Positions 38,624-44,089 of a stretch of 44,089 nucleotides of DNA are shown here, one piece after another (the stretch's first letter is position 1; each line of letters starts with the position of its first letter). The translations under genes were made by a program, and so were the position numbers. This DNA is from Barthelona sp. PAP020 (lineage: Eukaryota). The notes under the pieces are model-generated. The model did no database searches, was not told the origin of the DNA, and saw nothing but the letters and a program-made list of their open reading frames with translations. The DNA lies in contig JARQWU010000059.1 of the NCBI GenBank assembly GCA_040182905.1, positions 1-44,089 on the forward strand, in the 5' to 3' direction.

Positions 38624-40507
38624 ATGTCCATTGATAACATTTATGAAAACAATTATGAGAATTTCGATTGGTTGGACAAAGATCATTATCTTGAAAAAAG
38701 CAGAAATTTAAAAATCATCAAAGACAATGTTCATGGATATATTGAATTGGAACCATACTGTTTAAGAATTATTGATACGCCTGAATTTCAAAGATTAAGA
38801 CAAATACATCAACTGGGTGTTGCTTATTTTGTTTTTCCGACCGCAAATCATTCAAGGTTTGAACATTCTTTAGGAGTTGCGCATTTAGCCAAAAAATGGT
38901 TAAACATATTAAAACAAAAACATAATCAACTGGATATAACGGAGAAAGAGATTGAGTTGGTTACTGTTGCTGCTCTTGTTCATGACCTGGGGCATTGCGT
39001 TTTTTCACACACATGGGAACATGTGTTACATGATTTTAAAGTTGATTATGTGGAACATGAGGAAATGTCTTGTAGGATTTTCAAATACATGAATGAAAAA
39101 TATGGTTTTGGATACAGTGAAGCTGATTTGAAATTTATTGGTGATATCATATCAGGAAATTATGAGAAGGATAAAAATTATCCGTCACCTCAAGCCGCTT
39201 TTAAAGAAGAAGATTGGATTATTGGTTCTACAATGGAAAGTCAAGAAAACAATGGCAATTATTTGAATGGACCAAGATCCCTTCGGGATAACCCTCAATA
39301 TAAGAACACGAAAAGATACTTTCTATACGAAATTGTTGCTAACCATGTAAATGGCATTGATGTTGATAAACTGGATTATTTTGCCAGAGATGTTGAAGCA
39401 ATAAATATAAAAGTGGGTTTTGATTCTGACCGTTTGTTCCACAACTCAAAAATAATTGGGGGACACATTTGTTTCTATTACAAAGAATACTTGACCATGT
39501 GTGACTTATTTGACACAAGATATCGATTACACCGAACGATATATCGACATTCCGTTGTTGAGAGTGTTACCCATATGATTGTTGACTTTTTAAAGTTGCT
39601 CATGCCTATTTTGAATCCTCATAAAGCCTATCGTTCTAACAATGAAGGAATTGAGCATTTTATTACTTTAACAGATACGTATGTTCTAACCATTGGCAGC
39701 ATGAATCCATCTTCATTCAAAGACCTCACAGATTTGCAATTTAAATGCTTGGAAAGAGCGGGAAAATTATTAAAAAGAATATATGAAAGAAAATTGTATA
39801 AAATGGTTTGTCAGCATGTTTTAAAGACAGAAGTTTATCAACAGTACGAAAAGATACTGAAAAAAGAGTTCAACTCGAATTCAATCGTCGAATATTTCAA
39901 AATGAAAATCGATTCAAGAAATTCACCTTCACCAAAAATCACACATGAAATAGCGACAGAAAATATGATTTGTGACATCATTAAAAGAGGTTACAGTGGT
40001 AACGTTTCATTTAATCCATTAGACCATATACTTTTTTATAATTCCGTGAATGTACACCGGGCTTTTCTGATGAATGCAGAAAACGTTACTTCTATGACTT
40101 CGAATAACGTTGTTGAAATTATTTTGACTGTATATGTCAGAGAAAATATCGAGGAATTGAGAAACCAAGTTAGAATTGGGTTTAGAGAATTCATTATGGC
40201 AACATTTTCCGATGATATAGGGATTCCACCAAGTGAACAAATAAGTTCACCTAATTCATTGAGAAGTCCAACTAGTTTTATGCTCTCATCAATGACAAAT
40301 GAAATATTAAGCTCAGATGAAGATGATGAAGTTGATATTGAATTACATACACAAAAACACGCACAAAAAATTGAAAAAAAAAATAATAGGAAAATGAATT
40401 CAAAAAATTCGAAAAATCCTAAGAGCACTACCAATAATAATAATAGTTCTATCAATAATAGTAAAAAATACACATTAAAAAAAGCTCCAATTATGGATTA
40501 TTTATAA
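38624..40507 (+). CDS. SAMHD1: SAMHD1-like HD-domain dNTP triphosphohydrolase without SAM domain, ~627 aa
   Basis: IKDNVHGYIEL, IIDTPEFQRLRQIHQLG, HSRFEHSLGV, LVHDLGH..SH, HEEMS, NGIDVDKLDYFARD, RYRLHRTIYRH, ERKLYK. The ORF-track start at 38594 is TTG; the first ATG is 38624. Confidence 0.93.
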   Translation: MSIDNIYENNYENFDWLDKDHYLEKSRNLKIIKDNVHGYIELEPYCLRIIDTPEFQRLRQIHQLGVAYFVFPTANHSRFEHSLGVAHLAKKWLNILKQKHNQLDITEKEIELVTVAALVHDLGHCVFSHTWEHVLHDFKVDYVEHEEMSCRIFKYMNEKYGFGYSEADLKFIGDIISGNYEKDKNYPSPQAAFKEEDWIIGSTMESQENNGNYLNGPRSLRDNPQYKNTKRYFLYEIVANHVNGIDVDKLDYFARDVEAINIKVGFDSDRLFHNSKIIGGHICFYYKEYLTMCDLFDTRYRLHRTIYRHSVVESVTHMIVDFLKLLMPILNPHKAYRSNNEGIEHFITLTDTYVLTIGSMNPSSFKDLTDLQFKCLERAGKLLKRIYERKLYKMVCQHVLKTEVYQQYEKILKKEFNSNSIVEYFKMKIDSRNSPSPKITHEIATENMICDIIKRGYSGNVSFNPLDHILFYNSVNVHRAFLMNAENVTSMTSNNVVEIILTVYVRENIEELRNQVRIGFREFIMATFSDDIGIPPSEQISSPNSLRSPTSFMLSSMTNEILSSDEDDEVDIELHTQKHAQKIEKKNNRKMNSKNSKNPKSTTNNNNSSINNSKKYTLKKAPIMDYL

Positions 40508-40682
40508 AATTATAAAATATTATAATTTTGTTTCTTATTTGTCAAAACAATTTAATTTCTTGCATTTCTTTTATATATTTATCAAATAAATATTAACAAT
40601 AACCAAATTTGGAACAAAATACGGTCAAAGAAAAATCAAAAAGGAAAATGAACTTATTTGATTTTTCTTGATTTTTTTTGAC

Positions 40683-43154
40683 ATGCCAGTTGATTTTATC
40701 GAAAAAATTCAGTATGAAAAATTTGGAAAAGTATCATATTCAACATCAAACTATCAAAAATTAATTTCTTCAATTGTTTCTTCTCCTGTTTTAGAAAACA
40801 TATTATATGAAAATGTAATGAAATATAATCTCGATATTTATGCAGAAGTTTTTGCAAGTGTATTTAATAAATATTCTTTGAAAAAATTATTTGAATTTTT
40901 GGATGCGGATCTAAAAGCAACAACAAATCCAGCCACAGCATTACGAGGAACCACTTTTGGAATCCGTCTTTTAACAAAAATAATGCCCGAATTGGGTTTA
41001 AATGAGTTTATTGTTGATAATTTTAAAAAATTTTTATCTAAAATTTGCGCTATTGATTTGATGCCTATTGAAATTGATCCCAGAAAAATCACGGACGAAG
41101 GTTTATTACAATCAAATATTCAACGTTTAACCCAATTTTGCACCGAATTTTTGGATCATCTGTTTAGCCAATCCGTTATTGATGCTATTCCAATGCCAGT
41201 TCGTCAAATATGTCGAATGGTTGCTAATTCTGGGGCTTTTTTATACAATGATGAAGTGCCACTTATTTGTGGTATATTTATTCTTCGTTTTTTAATTCCG
41301 GCAATAATTAATCCCGAAAAAATAGGGCTAAAAAAGCTAGAAATTGTAGAATTACTTCCATCCCATCGTCGTAATCTTATTCTCGTTTGTAAGGTTGTTC
41401 AACTAATTGCCAACGGAATCACAAAAGAAAACGAAGTTCCTGAGGCCTACATGGTAGCGATGTCTGATTTTGCAGATAATTATCGTGTTGGCATGCGCAG
41501 ACTTCTGCTTGAAGTTGCCAACGTATCCATGGATGTGAGTCATGGATTGATTTCCAGCAATGATGTATATTGGTTACCCCAAGTATCTAGCAAGAATTTG
41601 CAAATCTTTCATTATCTTGTTCTCAGGAACTGTCAACTGATGCTCAATTCTGCACTAAGTACAGATGCACAATCTTCTACTTCCAATCAATTTTTTCGTG
41701 CACGTTCTGTTTTGGATTTCATTCAAGCGATTGAAAAAACTGGCCCCTTATGTTTTCCACCAGGTTCCAATGGTTATCAGGCGTTAGTTGAACATTTGAA
41801 TTTAGCCGAAGTCAGTTCTGAGTTGTTGCCACATCATTTAGCTGAACAATGTCGTTTAACACTGTGGAATGTGCTATTGATGAAAGATTGTCAAAATTAC
41901 ACGTGGATATACGATATAAATTGTGAAATGGAACTTGTACAAACCGATTGCAACTCAAATGGTAATGCAGACGTAACTTCTCCTTGTATGGTGCGAGCAC
42001 GAACTAATTCTTTCTTTTTCAATACTAGTGTACATGAGATATCACCATCAATGAATGCTCCATTTGCTGATTATCCTGTTGTGTATGTAATATTGAGTGA
42101 CTTGAAACAAATGTATAATCAGATTGAAACTGATGAATTGATGTCGTTTTTTGTTCATAAAATGGATAAATATAGAAAAGAACCTTTTGTGTTGGTTATT
42201 GATAGTTCTTGCATCAATGCTGAAAATGGAATGAACAGAAGAGAATATTTGTTTGGATTAATCAGTGCTATTCCTGAGACTTTATTCAATAACATTCAAA
42301 TGACCTTATTGATTCAACCTATTGTCGAAGTAGAAAGATTTATCATTGATTTACTACCGTTTTCTGTTGTTTCCTTGCCAGATTATCGACTTTGTGCTGA
42401 TTATTTGACACCTACTCAAATATCATTCCCTATCAATACGAAATTATCCAATCCTATGTCATTTGAGGTCTTTAAAATAAATAAAAGAGGCGCAGCGCAG
42501 CAAAGAATATTGAAATTAACCCGAGATTCAATCTTAAATATCCATAAAGATACAATTCAGAATGAAATCTTATTGTGTCAGCTGACTGATGTATGTAGAG
42601 TTGATGACAATGAATTACATTTGCATTTCAACGGACGATTGAAAGACCTTAATGATGGCTATTTTTCTGAAATAAAAGATTCTTACTTTCTCAAAGATTC
42701 AAAGAGAGAAGAAGTTAGGATATACAGATTTTTCAACAAATTCGAAAGGGAGGTGGTTGTTGAATTTATTGAGGATTTGTTAAATGACCTTCCCCAATTA
42801 TCAATGACTAGGGCCCTTCAATCCTTTGATGTTATTAAGATTAATGACAAAGGAAAGAAACAAAAAAGATTGATGAGATTATCAACAGACAGTATATATA
42901 ATGTAAATGGCAAAGATATCAAGTGGGAGAAGCCTCTGATAACAATTGAATCTGTTGAAGTCTTACAAAACAATAATGTTCGTTTAAAATTCGCTACAGA
43001 AACCATGTATCGACAATTTGAGACCCCTTTGAGTCAACAAGTTGTTAAGAGCATTAGAGACAATATCACCTATTTAAAAAAGAGAAATGGTGTTGTTGAT
43101 GACACAAATGATGTTTCCAGTGAACTCCAAACAATGTTTGTTCCATTTGGCTGA
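40683..43154 (+). CDS. Neurofibromin-like RasGAP with Sec14/CRAL-TRIO-like domain and two C-terminal PH-like repeats, ~823 aa
   Basis: Arginine-finger loop TALRGTT, RasGAP signature FILRFLIPAIINP, and RRNLILVCKVVQLIAN. PVVYVIL...KEPFVLVID resembles the NF1 Sec14 module. Duplicated SFxVxKINxxGxxQxRxxxLxxDSIxN. First ATG is 40683 (the track start 40668 is TTG). Confidence 0.85.
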   Translation: MPVDFIEKIQYEKFGKVSYSTSNYQKLISSIVSSPVLENILYENVMKYNLDIYAEVFASVFNKYSLKKLFEFLDADLKATTNPATALRGTTFGIRLLTKIMPELGLNEFIVDNFKKFLSKICAIDLMPIEIDPRKITDEGLLQSNIQRLTQFCTEFLDHLFSQSVIDAIPMPVRQICRMVANSGAFLYNDEVPLICGIFILRFLIPAIINPEKIGLKKLEIVELLPSHRRNLILVCKVVQLIANGITKENEVPEAYMVAMSDFADNYRVGMRRLLLEVANVSMDVSHGLISSNDVYWLPQVSSKNLQIFHYLVLRNCQLMLNSALSTDAQSSTSNQFFRARSVLDFIQAIEKTGPLCFPPGSNGYQALVEHLNLAEVSSELLPHHLAEQCRLTLWNVLLMKDCQNYTWIYDINCEMELVQTDCNSNGNADVTSPCMVRARTNSFFFNTSVHEISPSMNAPFADYPVVYVILSDLKQMYNQIETDELMSFFVHKMDKYRKEPFVLVIDSSCINAENGMNRREYLFGLISAIPETLFNNIQMTLLIQPIVEVERFIIDLLPFSVVSLPDYRLCADYLTPTQISFPINTKLSNPMSFEVFKINKRGAAQQRILKLTRDSILNIHKDTIQNEILLCQLTDVCRVDDNELHLHFNGRLKDLNDGYFSEIKDSYFLKDSKREEVRIYRFFNKFEREVVVEFIEDLLNDLPQLSMTRALQSFDVIKINDKGKKQKRLMRLSTDSIYNVNGKDIKWEKPLITIESVEVLQNNNVRLKFATETMYRQFETPLSQQVVKSIRDNITYLKKRNGVVDDTNDVSSELQTMFVPFG

Positions 43155-43249
43155 AAATACAATTGTTTTGGGTTTTGTGTGTTATTTTTGTGTTTATAGC
43201 AGATTTTCACTCATTACTGCATTGAACTCAGATGCAAATATTTTTTTTA

Positions 43250-44089
43250 TTATTCATATTCAAGTCACTCAAATAGTTTGTATCATGTAGTTATTAAAAC
43301 AGTTTTTTCTATTAGAAATTTGACAACAAAAACCACGATTTTTATTTATTTCAGTATATTTGCATGACACACTAATATTCTCAATGTTGACCCAACTGCA
43401 CAAACTTATTGCATTCCTTTGAGACCTAAAATTTTTTGTTGGAAATTTGAAAGTTGCACAATGGAAAATGGAAAGAATTGTTCTTGATGAACGTGCAAAG
43501 GATTATATAAATGTGTTGATGGTCTTTTTTTTTTTGGAAATTTCTGGCATCAACCACATGAATCCTTATTTCCAAAGGCAAAGATTTCCCATAAAAACAA
43601 TATGAGTTTGTTTATGGCTTCTTCTGATAATTTTAGATGTTTATTTGAACCCAAAATTGAAAATCTTTGCCAATAATATTTAATCGTGAGATTTACAAAG
43701 AAAGCAAACGTGAATTGGACCTAAAATGAAGAATATGAAAGTTTTCAGAGAAAGCGAATTTGAATCAAGCAAAATTTCCCGTATTTCAGAATTTATCGAA
43801 CAATAAACCAACTAATTGAGCTTAAGACAAAGAACAATCCAATTTTACTGGCTAATAAAGAATCTTGAAAGTTTACAAAAGAAAATTTCCCAAAATTTTC
43901 AACCATTGTCTGAATTTCCTCAATTAAATTTTTTATCCAAAGTTATTGAAGTCATTTCTTCTTTTTTTTTTTTAGGGATTCAATATCGTCCAATCTTTCA
44001 ATCAGAACTAAGTCATTTCAAACAGCCAGGATTCAAATTCAAGGCTTTCCCAACTACTCATTTCAATAAGTGTTCGTAGCAAAGCGGAC
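43250..44089 (-). pseudogene. Fragmented coding-like sequence (pseudogene, multi-intron gene or assembly indels); may include the 3' end of a gene entering from the right
   Basis: The minus frame from 44088 reads SALLRTLIEMSSWESLEFESWLFEMT* (TAG 44010-44008). Further protein-like stretches follow in shifting frames, some changing at homopolymer runs. No family recognised. Confidence 0.2.

Noticed and set aside
19119..40507. Eukaryotic 'defence island' made of the nuclease-helicase, protease, receptors and SAMHD1
   Set aside because: The genes are ~16 kb apart, on mixed strands and interleaved with housekeeping genes, with no mobility or compositional signature. Proximity alone is not evidence in so compact a genome.
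1054..43154. Alternative genetic code (stop reassignment as in hexamitid diplomonads or ciliates)
   Set aside because: Long conserved genes have no in-frame stops, and TAA, TAG and TGA each end ORFs at plausible C-termini.

Overview
AT-rich, gene-dense nuclear DNA from a flagellated microbial eukaryote using the standard code (TAA, TAG and TGA all end long ORFs). It is not prokaryotic: there is no rRNA, tRNA, CRISPR array or recognisable transposon. The very short spacers, near absence of introns and intron style suggest a metamonad-like protist (inference). Gene order: candidate structured ncRNA (23-381); tubby-like protein; a two-exon SPCS1/SPC12 gene missed by the ORF track, split by a 34-nt GT-AG intron; acidic coiled-coil protein; intact outer-arm gamma dynein heavy chain; a fusion of a Cas4/RecB-type Fe-S PD-(D/E)XK nuclease with an SF1 (Dna2/Upf1-like) helicase; TM9SF; a helical-solenoid protein (possibly FANCI-like); a signal-anchored papain protease; two diverged tandem ~1250-aa type I membrane paralogs of unknown family; a SAM-less SAMHD1; and a RasGAP-Sec14-tandem PH protein. 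The last ~900 bp hold fragmented coding-like sequence. Best leads are the nuclease-helicase, the hidden mini-intron, the ncRNA candidate, the orphan membrane pair and a stop-overlapping TGTAAA 3'-end signal. All family calls come from motif recognition by eye; no searches were run.
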